From: a virus
Taxonomy: Duplodnaviria > Caudoviricetes
Strand: one strand, 5' to 3'
Length of the DNA: 64,000 nt
Virus record (IMG/VR): IMGVR_UViG_3300017716_001697
Span: 300,577-364,576 of that record
The notes under the pieces were generated by a model. That model was not told the DNA's origin. It was given only the letters and a program-made list of their open reading frames with translations, and did no database searches. Numbering within the stretch: the stretch's first letter is position 1; every line of letters begins with the position of its first letter. The translations under genes and the position numbers were made by a program. Positions 10,501 through 18,683 of this stretch are shown piece after piece.

Positions 10501-13094
10501 ACAAGTTGGCTGACCGGAACAACATGTGTCTCTGTTGCAAACGGTGTGCCATTGGCAATCATATACGAATATGCAAATGCATTCGAGAATTCTTTAGATA
10601 TGTTTATCGTCTTGATAATCGCATCTACCCACGCACTAATCACAATTGTATTATTGTGATACTGTACTGGATTGAATTCTTGATTAATCAGCTGCAATGC
10701 AGTCTGCAAATATTTGTTTTTAAATTTAGTGTACTCAGACTGACTGAATCTAATGCCGGCAATGACATCTAAATTATCATCAGACGAAACTAACATCGAC
10801 TTCAGTGTCGGTGCAACGTTCTGCAAAATAAACGATCCCACTGATCTATTCTTTGTGGTGTCTCTATAGTTGTTTGTTCCACCAAATGCTACACCAGAGA
10901 AATATGCCTGATTATAGATTATAGATGAAAATTGTTCTATTAAATTACTCGCACTAATTTCACCAACCTCTTGTTGAATAGGGTTAGCTTCTAGTTGCTG
11001 TGGTATAGCTGAATATCCCGGCGCGGCTGGGTCAAGCATATCTCTTGTATATGTCTGAATTTCGACAACAGGTGCAACTGCCTGCGGTACAGCAAGCAAG
11101 TTAGTAAGATAGGTTTCTAAGTCTACATATAGGTCGTTGTTTATACCGACGATATAGTAACCATCTAGTTGATGTGTTTCGTTTTTAACTTCTACACCAT
11201 TAACACTCACAATGATATCGGGTGCAGCAGGATAGTTGTACGGAACAACACTTAATCTAAATTGATATTCTACGCCGTAACCTACAGCAAATTTATCTAT
11301 AACACGTTGTTTGCTTAATGCAACGCGGCTATAATCAACCGGTACTGTTGTACCTGCTTGTACAGGAGTAAATAAATTCCAATCATTATACATAACAGGT
11401 GTATAGTGGAACATGTAATAGTAGTATCCGTCGATTGGCACACGGGCTGAACTGTACACATATCTATCTGTTATTAGGTCATTCTGAAACATGATATCAG
11501 ACGACTGGCCTAAAGAAGTGTACACTATAGGAAATCTTAGTACAGGATCTACAGTGGCCCCTGGTTGTGGATTCACCTTATAAGAGAATATTTTGCTACC
11601 AGCAAATGTGCTGAGTGGGTATGTAGTCACGTCGTCAAGTGGTACACCATTATGATCATATAACTGAAATAGTGGTGGTTGGTTTACTGCTACCTTATCA
11701 TTAGCTGCCTGCACCCATTCGTTTATATCATAATACCATGTTTCACCACGTTGTGCACCATCCCACGGTGCATCTTCGGAGATAAGAATAATATCACCAT
11801 CAACAATAGGTGGCGGCACTGGTATAAACATAACCGTATCGAAGTCAGGGTCAATACGCACCTGATAAATTGTCTGGTTAGAAATATACGGAGTCACGAT
11901 AGGTTCGCCGTCCCAATGCAATAGATCCCATTGTTCGTTGATCGCTCTGTCCCATGGTATCAAGTCAGTCGTAACCAGTGTTGTGTCATTCATAAACACA
12001 ACTAACTGACCGTCAGTGAATTCTACCTGAAGCTCTTCATTTACTGTATCACGCAATCTTAGTTGATAATCTAGCATCTGTAGCGGAATGCCGAATTCAT
12101 TATCGCGGAATCCAAATGTCACATCGGCCCTGAACTGTGTGCCTGAATTGTATAAGAACAAATCAGCAGAGAATTGAATAATCGGTCTTAATGCTCGAGT
12201 AGCATTTGTCGGAAATGCAATTCCCGTTGCTGCAACAGTTGCATTTATTGCATCTATGTGGACCCATTTGTTTGTGCGTGACCATGCATTTCTGTCAATA
12301 GCACCACGTTCGATTGTTATGTAATCACAATTTCCGGGCTGTGGTTGTACGTCCCACGTTAATGTATCCCAGTTGGTATTCTGTATAACCCTACCATTAG
12401 ACAACTGTGTAGTTCCATCCCATGGTAGGAATTCTAGTACAGTCCCAGGTGTGTAATCAGGGTAACGTGGCACTAGTCTAATGCCTATGCCTACACCGAT
12501 GTTTTCTACAATCAATGGATCAGGGTACAATGTGGACCCGACGAATTGAATTGTTAGACCTGTAGTGAATGTTAGGTTGGCAGGCAGTGCGCCAGGGATA
12601 GATGAAGTGTTGAATGACTGCGCACCCAATATCATAGATGTTATTTGTGTATCGGAAATGCCTGTTACATTTATAGCCGCTAGTCCCTGGAACACCCAGT
12701 AGTAATTGTGATAGTTAATAAACATATCAAAATCGATAGGTGGCGCCCAGCTGTAATATTCAGATTCAAAAAGTCTATCTTGATTTAATGTGTTTCCACC
12801 GTAATAATTAATCCTGTTTAACAGGTCATCATAGAAGAATATATTTGATTTTGTATTATCTGTATTGCGTGAGAAGCCAGTGGCTTCTAATTGCCACCAG
12901 GTACGGTCTTTCGACGGTTCTGGTAAGTAGAAATCACTGACAGGATTATATAATCCCGGCGTGCGTCTGCCGATATACCCACTTAACTGGTCACCATCTT
13001 TCTTAGAGAATACTTGGTCGAACGTCGCATCGAAGAACTTCTTCTCCGTAACCGTTTGGAAGACGGCGGGTAATTTCTTAATAAACTGAGTCAT
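1575..13094 (-). CDS. Giant virion protein, probable baseplate wedge or peripheral component (3839 aa)
   Basis: Uninterrupted 11.5-kb ORF directly after the gp6-like gene; GATAAATA box at 13137-13144; internal block of GSGY-type beta repeats. Confidence 0.7.
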   Translation of the reverse strand: MTQFIKKLPAVFQTVTEKKFFDATFDQVFSKKDGDQLSGYIGRRTPGLYNPVSDFYLPEPSKDRTWWQLEATGFSRNTDNTKSNIFFYDDLLNRINYYGGNTLNQDRLFESEYYSWAPPIDFDMFINYHNYYWVFQGLAAINVTGISDTQITSMILGAQSFNTSSIPGALPANLTFTTGLTIQFVGSTLYPDPLIVENIGVGIGIRLVPRYPDYTPGTVLEFLPWDGTTQLSNGRVIQNTNWDTLTWDVQPQPGNCDYITIERGAIDRNAWSRTNKWVHIDAINATVAATGIAFPTNATRALRPIIQFSADLFLYNSGTQFRADVTFGFRDNEFGIPLQMLDYQLRLRDTVNEELQVEFTDGQLVVFMNDTTLVTTDLIPWDRAINEQWDLLHWDGEPIVTPYISNQTIYQVRIDPDFDTVMFIPVPPPIVDGDIILISEDAPWDGAQRGETWYYDINEWVQAANDKVAVNQPPLFQLYDHNGVPLDDVTTYPLSTFAGSKIFSYKVNPQPGATVDPVLRFPIVYTSLGQSSDIMFQNDLITDRYVYSSARVPIDGYYYYMFHYTPVMYNDWNLFTPVQAGTTVPVDYSRVALSKQRVIDKFAVGYGVEYQFRLSVVPYNYPAAPDIIVSVNGVEVKNETHQLDGYYIVGINNDLYVDLETYLTNLLAVPQAVAPVVEIQTYTRDMLDPAAPGYSAIPQQLEANPIQQEVGEISASNLIEQFSSIIYNQAYFSGVAFGGTNNYRDTTKNRSVGSFILQNVAPTLKSMLVSSDDNLDVIAGIRFSQSEYTKFKNKYLQTALQLINQEFNPVQYHNNTIVISAWVDAIIKTINISKEFSNAFAYSYMIANGTPFATETHVVPVSQLVTLDTYLDLDNPRSALYIYDISGHERILTIGVDYEIISTNLAIEIKFDASLIGKNMFVALYTNPVPAYIPAYVPSTPTKVGAYSVYIPRIELDTSYTIPTNVIIGHDGSKTIAYGDYRDQLLLELEKRIYNLLQYRFRNEYHLPLRLEDVKSGYFRQTRYSRAEFLDITQSYLNKWTASNKANYHVNDWLYASADLPTNSPQLWKLYNYAEAVTPGGTKLNLPGNWKGIFQYYYDTIYPNTRPWEMLGFSSQPVWWVAEYGTNWSSTNTALWADLELGMIRQGPTAIFDPETLLPQVQEMWARPGLSTVMPVDTMGNIIPVPTIFNVAMSGNMYAPFDGFDNPWVYGDGAPVEQAWMSTSGYAFSVQEFLYLMKPGPFGELLFDTIGTDLSPGLIDIPGVYGPVMSNNNWQYVQNDTFTDSDPFFAWMRPKNATQVVHAESVDGTPAVRFGYQRWISDRLLFLGQDISTVFGNKVRTLDVNLANKFAGFTNKDTVSTYIESVSPTATTTSLLVPTNNFQTILHKGQPIKTYAYSGVIIRVSTEGKFVVYGYDLLNSEFTILDRSNAQIIDITIGGTPAEFHIYTLGETYTPGEIVRYNGVYYTSIGTIVAGKFNIDNWQKLRALPTIGGSSVIYRPISEVTSHTIPYGTILDTPQDVFDFLIGWGAYLESQGWQFTDVSIDTNQISDWLYSAKQFLFWINTNWMPDSSIQLSPAANNAMLVVERGYPNDVETIANGVYSILDKYGIAIPPNSTVTDRDNMYIAVSPADLQAGGIYFLQVSAAETEHVLIFDNTTSFNDIVYDPLLRARQQRLKFTGARSNAWFGKKEAPGYLILDNELVPNFNTIVDSMRFFYDPDVLLDNPSLEALGQHLIGYESKSYLDNLQVSNDVQYLFYQGAIRQKGTRQAFDKLFRSTKVQDNETIEVYEEWALKLSDLGNTIEQVSTEFVLTPEQNSGEVIVARLNFIPSNIGFVREVNIVNAQNRYTSVPRIAISLPDADPTDPGLTGPLRPAKAFAVLDALGKISRVDMTDKGYGYLSAPNVTVESTVDLHQLDRLYAVWQGQIARDEKLDNVVDIDVDDVAKWIVRPNDPAYSLEFPTTTNIEYSMPNAGYVNFNDVTWTSFDPIQTQTLWGTRLFNPAENDTVWVAKTFTEDWDVYKMVNIKSAPYLANTWRVAQTASDLLLLTDRETRSRLDIIPPSDASANANITDGIITNFIIVNGGSGFAVAPTVEITGACITPASAIVEIADGVVTSISIVNGGSGYAVAPEISITGACTTPASALATIAGGVINGIYIASGGSGYTVPPTVTAVKPSLIGGVITATAIGGIVGNLTIVVSGSGYTSAPILTIAPPVTTRAEVTLSTADGVVTGVTIVNGGTGYSNFIPPTISVVGSNITSAQITIYVTDGVITSATIDDGGSGYLTPPSLVITGPCTTPASLTCTTEDGVVNTATITEQGGYYTTIPVITVVGGFTYHPAVLNAVIVDGKLIDVDIVDGGSYFMIPPTCVVDAPIAITATGIAGIVGGIITSVSITNPGAGYSTNPVVTLPVPAIVDASFTSTINNGVINKVTITEGGSGYTTTPTITITGSSTTPAVLYPEITDGILTSIELTNPGGYYTVTPEIIIDGPCTETAKVTAIIEYGVITGFTITNGGSGYEITPIITIEQATQTATGYGAVLYPTVDDNGYITSVTIVDQGTGYSSADVIVASRAISYDPGYVDAKFQITSVTNAGQIVSVAVVNQGSGYQNVVNQEILPQLSASSDGRTDYGNMICLQIVIDGKVDPATNYAVRFEDNGLYTDPTTLISYNSYKLLNVAGDPIQADEIGVFEFFTDLLLFKTMRWTEQPIEPLLPKYVGLGDLIWVDDIANKWAVVRITADPGYWDITYWDPTVKEFWAYPYTYDYGWDTIGPMYFTPYRVQETLINTSLFSSAQVFQRRIENELVLLPVYDPFKAILPGPAKQNITYMLLQDPARYNVTGDARLYSENIIFGEPQVGKLWWDMSSMRYAYYEQPAALDGSETPTQNLVYRRDRWGQMFPGSSVDIYEWVKSPVPPAKYAGSGTPRSLTTYVRIESSNRFTNITEVNYYFWVLNPISKPVIENRTLAALDVSRLLFAPRSQQFVFFSPIQQSEINNSYMFYNVQEILAYKGDNVQIKYRLAERNDQEHSQWKLFREGDTASLITDQFWNKMVDSICAYTKVLPASEEWSNSIFVGHDLPWDIYGWDIAPWDDAIDTVSAFYGEVLPVPDPSLSEAEKFGITYRPRQGMFMDLYAARKIFVQAGNNLLKRIAIRDKTPDWNTGVKTSEYWDYTTWYELGYDDVAPSVVFTSLTQATTALNAGKLNTGAIVEVIEGTPDGRYVLYAVVQLNTNVATQSFLKVGIEASAIKLLDTIYTTHNVYGLSVELRELLKAFRTEVFVNSYVVFQNELYFAMLNYVFSEQKNQNWAFKSSYIYIKENNIPIKQSRIYQPDQINNIMSYIVDSKPYHTQIRDYTSTHLISDIATGTAFDNDFKLKTIIQFGPDFGGPYENGNWDVSCEDPNEVGYWEAVSWDVCPENYSLTVDPYAPAPWEVNCIDPLANSQWDTFWWDTCLAKQFVAEEDVYTIELTNFDASKIGYSQLYPYTFDFNSINLNNPQTFITPSSVVSVTIGADILLYGKDYYVEYNEVDLNYTAYFFAPVASTPVALVLWNGGGIMRFNYGTNRTEVAYGFPKDDFVVNVDTRLPVNNVGGILHPYAPWGDSVSDVDPLVAAQIVAAGGSPIYNPADPVTLEFLPVTVSYRQNLGIGQNHIYRNSELDSGILMFDLPAPSAGTDYTEIITVFIDPLTHPITTDILPNPGPSSTPGVIWINGERIEYRSKTESAANTWELSLVRRGTNGTAPVEHTALVPSFADPLTLVPNIVWIEKFNELPAISNSTVWNAVDPAGVTGPGQYDFLPWDSYGWDSDMYTNITKASDGGIWYAATPEAEMLKREPGTAIL

Positions 13095-13170
13095 GTATAT
13101 TTCCGCAATAAGGTGTAGATAATGTTATCTACATCGTATTTATCACGGAAATTATATATGCTGTAAACTA

Positions 13171-16100
13171 TTAAACACGCATGTTCTGATCTGTTAAATT
13201 AGATACAATAGCTACGTTATTTACGGTGGCTGTAGACATAAACAACTGATTAGGGCTGGCCACAATTTCAAATAAATTACCAAATTGTGAAGTTGCATTA
13301 CTAGGTACAATAACAACCGAGCTAATAAGCGTGGAAAGTTGTTGGTGAATGAATGCTGCTAATTCTGTGTAGAAGAATTTTTCACCAAAATCCCAGTTTC
13401 TTATATCAAAATATATGTCAACTGCCTGAACAACTCTTGTCTTTATTTCATTGTCGCTAACACTGCTCGATGGTGCCTTAACTACTTTAAAGATTGCCTG
13501 CAATTCAGGTTCGGCCTGCTGCCCAAATAATACCTTAAATTCACCCGAATTCCAAATCATCGAATCACTAACCATTTTATACTGGTCTAAATCCTGGAAT
13601 TGTATTCTTAGATCTTCGGTGGTTGGTTTAACTGGCATAGTGTATTTCGTGCCATTATTATTCTTCCAATTGATAATGTCTGTATAATACCCATTTGTTA
13701 TTGCAATCATATCGATGATATTAGATGGTGACGGATCTATACGCTGGTCAATCGCTGCGTAATGGCTCCACTTAAAGTAGAATGGTAACTGCTCTATTGC
13801 CGGTATAGAGGTGTTCTGCGTGAATACCTTACCGTTCTTGTCATACCTATATTTGTCGGGTGTAGATACTACAATCTTACCAGTCGGGAAACCAGTGACC
13901 GGTGTAGTGTTTGCTGTATTTTCATAAACAAATGTGTAATATACACCAAAGCCGGGTTCTGTCGACGATATTAGATAAGATTTGCTATTGAAGAATGTAG
14001 TCACTATAGCCGATCTGTCTAATACTGCTGCCGTTCCAACAAGCCACGGATATGTCGTTGTATCGTAGTTGAAGAATGCAGTAAGTTGATTTGCTATCGT
14101 GACAGGTGCAACAGTTGTAGATTGAAATTCTAACTGTGCAAGACTATCGACAAACATTAAATCTGTTTCATCCATATACACATATTTTAGTGTAGGCGCA
14201 TAGGTAGTTCTAATAAAATCTGGAGACAATATAAAGTCCATGAACCCTTCTGCATAATGCGGCAACGGGGCAGATGTAGTATAAAGAGTCCACAGATTCA
14301 TATTAGCAATATACGGTGCACTGTATAGTGTTTCGACATCGGTAGAATCTACAGGGAAGTATACATACATATCACCGGTGTAGCCTTCTAGGCCTAAACC
14401 CCATTTTGCGATCCACGGTCTAGTGCTTTGATACCCGGAAACTTCATTGTCGTAATATTCGAACACAATACGGTCTGTAGGCGAAACAATCCTATCGAAC
14501 CCGTTTGGGTCGTCAGGTATGCCGTCGTTGTTCACGTCAACTAACGAAACTTTAATTTTGGCAGGATCTTGATAGCCGTCATCTTGAATAAACACGCCGG
14601 TAACGTTAAAATTCACAGGTGTGTCGATGAATGGTTTAATAGGCGGTGGTGGTATTACCGGCTCATTGTTATCTACTAAATTATTTGTGTTAACAAATGG
14701 CATGATTTCAATTGTATCCTGCAACGCCTGACCAGTTGCGCTGTCTACTACTATTTGGTTAGGTTCCCAATAGAATCTTACATCTCTATAAGATTCGAAT
14801 ATGTAGATGCGGCCACGTGCAGTCAAATCATATGTAGTGGTAGCTAATTCGTTATTGCTTGCGATATTTACATACAATAATCCACTGTTAGGATATTCTG
14901 CCCAATTAGAATAAATCTCCGGAATACTGCCGTCCATCATGACAGGGGCATACTTTAATGCTTGCGCTGATTGATCAGATATACCGGGTGTCGTCTCAGT
15001 CGAGGTATGCCACTCATCTTGCAACACATCATAGAATAACCAGAACGAAATACCATCAGCAAGCCTGCCTAACACTTCGGAAATTTCTACTGTAGTCAGT
15101 TCACTTCTGAATGTTGGATATACTTTTGTCGCATGTGCATTGTTGTTTATTTCTAGACCTAATTCGACTGGACCCACATTAGCATAAGGATTAGACGAGT
15201 TAACAATCAACGGAAGGCCATTCTGAATAACTGTGTTGACAGATACTGATTTTATATCTGCAGATGTTTCGAATTCTAATACCGCGCCATTATTGATGAA
15301 TCCCCACGGCTGATATATCCCGTTAGGCTCGTTTTGTGTATCAAACGAGTTTACTAAGATGGCAGCAGCGGCATTAGAAACAGTGCTGTTAGCAAAATAG
15401 CCAGTATCATTTTTAAATTTAGCTGGGCTTGTCTTCCAGTATAATTGCGACTGTGCAGGATTATTTAAGTCTAATATAGAATATCCTGTAGGTTTGCTAG
15501 GTGTACTATTCACTCTGACAACATTCTCAAATTGCGATATGTATTCGTCATAGTAGAATGCAGATACACGTGGATCACGTAACATTTCTTTTATAGAATT
15601 CATTAAGATAGTATTGATATTACCTTCGTTAGATGAATCACGAACCACTTCTTCTAGTACGTTTTGATTATCCCTGTATAGGGCGCCATCTTGACCAAAT
15701 ATAATTAGGTCTCTGTGGAATCCAGTCGGGTCGTTAATATCTATATATCTACTCTGGCCGCTATATGTTCTGTCAATTGCTTGTATCTTTGCAATCTGAT
15801 TTCCGTATATAAGTGGTAAGACATTATAATCACTGCCATTGACCATACGCGACTGTGTAGAGAACACTTCGGGCGCACGTAATCTAATTTGCTCGTTTGT
15901 TTCGGATGGTGCAGCATTGCTTATAGTCTGCTCTAGATTGAAAACTATGCCTAACGTATATTGTTGCTGATCTGCACCGATGTATGGAATTGTAATCTGC
16001 ATACCTTGGGCGCTGTCTGGTCTAATAACAAGAGCTTGGTTTGCACTTATACGCACCCATGTTCTAAATAATCCCGTAGGTACATTACCGAAATTGCCGT

Positions 16101-17136
16101 CTGCAAATCGGATAGATATAGAATCGTTTGCACCAGAGATAACATCAAATATATTTCGTTTCGAGTTTTGTATGCTGTTGTATATAATATTCTCGCCAGC
16201 CAATGCCGGTACCTTGAGCCAATTATTAATAACCGAACCATTTTGATCAGTTTCTTGCACATAAACATCGTACTGGTTAATATTCTGCAAATCAATAGGG
16301 TATACACGATTAGGAACAGGAAACTCAAAATTCGTATCTAAGTTTATTAAATTGCCTTGTTTAAAGTACAAGAAGAAACCTGTGTTTGCCGAGCCAACGC
16401 CTAAGCTATCGTTTCGATATATAAAGTTAAATGCATTTTCGGGATTAGGATTTCTTTCAAAGATTGTTTGGCCGGAAATGAAGTCTGGGTTGCATACATC
16501 AATTGGGTATTTTTGTCCATTTATAGATATAGCCAGCGGGTATGTAACTGCTTGACGCAATACGTTGCTTAATTGGTATAAATCCGTAGGAATACTGCCT
16601 ATGTTGCCGCTCTTTGTGGGGCGGCCAAAAGGGTTAAGTGTGTTGAACGCTGCATTACATATCTGCACAAATTGATCGAACCAATCTGGATTGTTTGGAT
16701 CATTCCAGAATATAGTCGAATCCGATATGTCAACACCGTTGGCATCGACTAACGGTTGGTTAGTCTGTATAGCTGATATTTTGAATAGTCCACTTGCAGG
16801 GATATTTCTACGAGGTACATAGTTAACCATCTGCGCAAGGCGGATAATACTTTCCCTACGTTCAGCAGTATCAATAAAATTTTCTCTACTATTTAGGTCT
16901 GTCCTAAATGCAAGACTTGTGCCCAGATAGGCAATTAATTCTACAATTGCAATAAATTCCGAACTTTCAATGTAATCATTGAAATCTTCCGGGTAATACG
17001 ACTGTATGTAATTTATTAATGCCTGCTTTAAGGTAGGAAAATCATATGCGGTATAATCTATAAACGAATATGCTTTAAATACTTTCTTATAATCTTCCGC
17101 GGCGAAAAGATTTGACTGACGGATCGATTCTGACAT
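13171..17136 (-). CDS. gp6: Baseplate wedge protein, T4 gp6-like, extended (1321 aa)
   Basis: N-terminal YDFPTLKQALINY...ENFIDTAERRESIIRLAQMVNY pattern of the gp6/baseplate J family; follows gp25 with TAATG coupling. Confidence 0.75.
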   Translation of the reverse strand: MSESIRQSNLFAAEDYKKVFKAYSFIDYTAYDFPTLKQALINYIQSYYPEDFNDYIESSEFIAIVELIAYLGTSLAFRTDLNSRENFIDTAERRESIIRLAQMVNYVPRRNIPASGLFKISAIQTNQPLVDANGVDISDSTIFWNDPNNPDWFDQFVQICNAAFNTLNPFGRPTKSGNIGSIPTDLYQLSNVLRQAVTYPLAISINGQKYPIDVCNPDFISGQTIFERNPNPENAFNFIYRNDSLGVGSANTGFFLYFKQGNLINLDTNFEFPVPNRVYPIDLQNINQYDVYVQETDQNGSVINNWLKVPALAGENIIYNSIQNSKRNIFDVISGANDSISIRFADGNFGNVPTGLFRTWVRISANQALVIRPDSAQGMQITIPYIGADQQQYTLGIVFNLEQTISNAAPSETNEQIRLRAPEVFSTQSRMVNGSDYNVLPLIYGNQIAKIQAIDRTYSGQSRYIDINDPTGFHRDLIIFGQDGALYRDNQNVLEEVVRDSSNEGNINTILMNSIKEMLRDPRVSAFYYDEYISQFENVVRVNSTPSKPTGYSILDLNNPAQSQLYWKTSPAKFKNDTGYFANSTVSNAAAAILVNSFDTQNEPNGIYQPWGFINNGAVLEFETSADIKSVSVNTVIQNGLPLIVNSSNPYANVGPVELGLEINNNAHATKVYPTFRSELTTVEISEVLGRLADGISFWLFYDVLQDEWHTSTETTPGISDQSAQALKYAPVMMDGSIPEIYSNWAEYPNSGLLYVNIASNNELATTTYDLTARGRIYIFESYRDVRFYWEPNQIVVDSATGQALQDTIEIMPFVNTNNLVDNNEPVIPPPPIKPFIDTPVNFNVTGVFIQDDGYQDPAKIKVSLVDVNNDGIPDDPNGFDRIVSPTDRIVFEYYDNEVSGYQSTRPWIAKWGLGLEGYTGDMYVYFPVDSTDVETLYSAPYIANMNLWTLYTTSAPLPHYAEGFMDFILSPDFIRTTYAPTLKYVYMDETDLMFVDSLAQLEFQSTTVAPVTIANQLTAFFNYDTTTYPWLVGTAAVLDRSAIVTTFFNSKSYLISSTEPGFGVYYTFVYENTANTTPVTGFPTGKIVVSTPDKYRYDKNGKVFTQNTSIPAIEQLPFYFKWSHYAAIDQRIDPSPSNIIDMIAITNGYYTDIINWKNNNGTKYTMPVKPTTEDLRIQFQDLDQYKMVSDSMIWNSGEFKVLFGQQAEPELQAIFKVVKAPSSSVSDNEIKTRVVQAVDIYFDIRNWDFGEKFFYTELAAFIHQQLSTLISSVVIVPSNATSQFGNLFEIVASPNQLFMSTATVNNVAIVSNLTDQNMRV

Positions 17137-17555
17137 TAAGTGGTTTCCTTGTCTTTAAGACTAAACGTTACAAACATATTATCGGTTATAGATTCTGGCT
17201 GAAATAAGAGCACCATTACGACATTTAATGCCTGCTCTTCTTGATACACATCTATGCTAACTAATTCGACTCGTGGATCAGATTTAATAACGTTTACTGC
17301 ATCTTCTATGATAATGTTCTTTGTATACTCGTCAAACGGATCAAATAGATAATCATAAATGCTTGTACCAAAATTAGGTAGCATTACACGTGACCCTTTA
17401 GGCGTAGCAAAATGATTGTTTATATCACGTTTTACTAGTTCTATGTTTGTTAATGAATATGGTGGAGCAGGTTGTCCCACCGTATTGAATCCCACGAAAT
17501 AAGGTTTACGTGTTATTCTATTTTGCTGTACTAAACCGGTTTGATTGCTTGCCAT
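17136..17555 (-). CDS. gp25: Baseplate wedge / sheath initiator, gp25-like (139 aa)
   Basis: TPKGSRVMLPNFGTSIYDYLFDP...SDPRVEL signature of the GPW/gp25 family; GATAAATA box at 17572-17579. Confidence 0.9.
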   Translation of the reverse strand: MASNQTGLVQQNRITRKPYFVGFNTVGQPAPPYSLTNIELVKRDINNHFATPKGSRVMLPNFGTSIYDYLFDPFDEYTKNIIIEDAVNVIKSDPRVELVSIDVYQEEQALNVVMVLLFQPESITDNMFVTFSLKDKETT

Positions 17556-17609
17556 ATATTCTCTTTTCTGTTATTTATCAAGAAAATTAAATACTAGTTT
17601 TAATAAGCT

Positions 17610-18683
17610 CTATCCGTATCGATGTAGGCCGGAACTATAGTTGTTTCTATACATAGTCATTACCTTAGTTGTAGCACTAGCTGGTCTGTTACCTGCCCTG
17701 TTGAAGCTTAAATGATACCATGCAAGTCCTGTTGTTGAACTGTGCTCGAATATAAATTGATCATACGGGATATTGTCCTTTACCCACAGTGCATTATTCC
17801 AGTACATTTCATAGGTCCATCCGGAAAACTGTATGTCTATTGCCTGTCCAGCTACATGCTGGCTTATACCTGATTTGGTTGTTGACTCGTTTCGTATACC
17901 CGAATTTACCCGCATAGTACCAAATTTTGCATACATAGGTTCAGCTATGTTTAGTGCCACTGCCTGTAGATTACAGAAACGTGTCTGCATGCTGAATCCT
18001 GCAACATCGCCTGATGTGAGAGGATGTGGCCAATATGCACCTGTGGAAAAATCTTCTAACTTAAAATGTGGACTTATCGAAACACCGTAATTGGTGCCGT
18101 CCCATATCATACACGTTGTCGGCCACCCATTTCCACCCGGTGGCGGTGTTAGCTCTGTTACCTCGGCGGCCGGTACAGTAGGTGGTGGCAATGATGTTTG
18201 AACTGGTGGCTTTGTGTTAGGTGTGTTAGGTGGCTGGGAGCCTTTTGTGCCGGTTGTGTTGTTTCCGTTGGCAATGTTTTCTTCATATTCGTCGTATGTA
18301 GGGTCGCCACCACCACCGCTTACCCCGTTCATTAAATTCATTGCAGCACCGAAGGGGCTTCCTGCAGGTGTGCAACCACCACCACCTCCACCGCCGCCGC
18401 CACCAGATCTAAATCCGGGCATTGTGCTGTTAGATTTAGGTAAGCTATCCCCGGGGTTTGTGATACTGACTACACCGGGTGGCAAATTGCTTGCTGCATA
18501 AGACGGTGCGATTCCCCCACCCGGTAATATGCCTGTAGCGCCGATTGGCACGCTGCTCATTGATGTCAGGACTACCGGGCTGACTGGTATACTGTTTAGG
18601 TTAGGTCGAGCATTATCAGCAGGGTTAGTACTGATGAAACTGAAGTTTGCGCCCGTAAGTGGTGTACCTATTTGTGTTGCCAT
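17610..18683 (-). CDS. Low-complexity N-terminus plus C-terminal zinc peptidase M15 (peptidoglycan endopeptidase-like), 357 aa
   Basis: NSGIR, SQHVAGQAIDI (H-x6-D) and WYHLS motifs of M15A/M15_3; TAATG overlap with the gp5 stop. Confidence 0.8.
   Translation of the reverse strand: MATQIGTPLTGANFSFISTNPADNARPNLNSIPVSPVVLTSMSSVPIGATGILPGGGIAPSYAASNLPPGVVSITNPGDSLPKSNSTMPGFRSGGGGGGGGGGCTPAGSPFGAAMNLMNGVSGGGGDPTYDEYEENIANGNNTTGTKGSQPPNTPNTKPPVQTSLPPPTVPAAEVTELTPPPGGNGWPTTCMIWDGTNYGVSISPHFKLEDFSTGAYWPHPLTSGDVAGFSMQTRFCNLQAVALNIAEPMYAKFGTMRVNSGIRNESTTKSGISQHVAGQAIDIQFSGWTYEMYWNNALWVKDNIPYDQFIFEHSSTTGLAWYHLSFNRAGNRPASATTKVMTMYRNNYSSGLHRYG

Noticed and set aside
13114-13133. 9-bp inverted repeat TGTAGATAA/TTATCTACA in the leader of the giant gene
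   Set aside because: Real but AT-rich with a 2-nt loop and no second copy; too weak to call a regulatory element.
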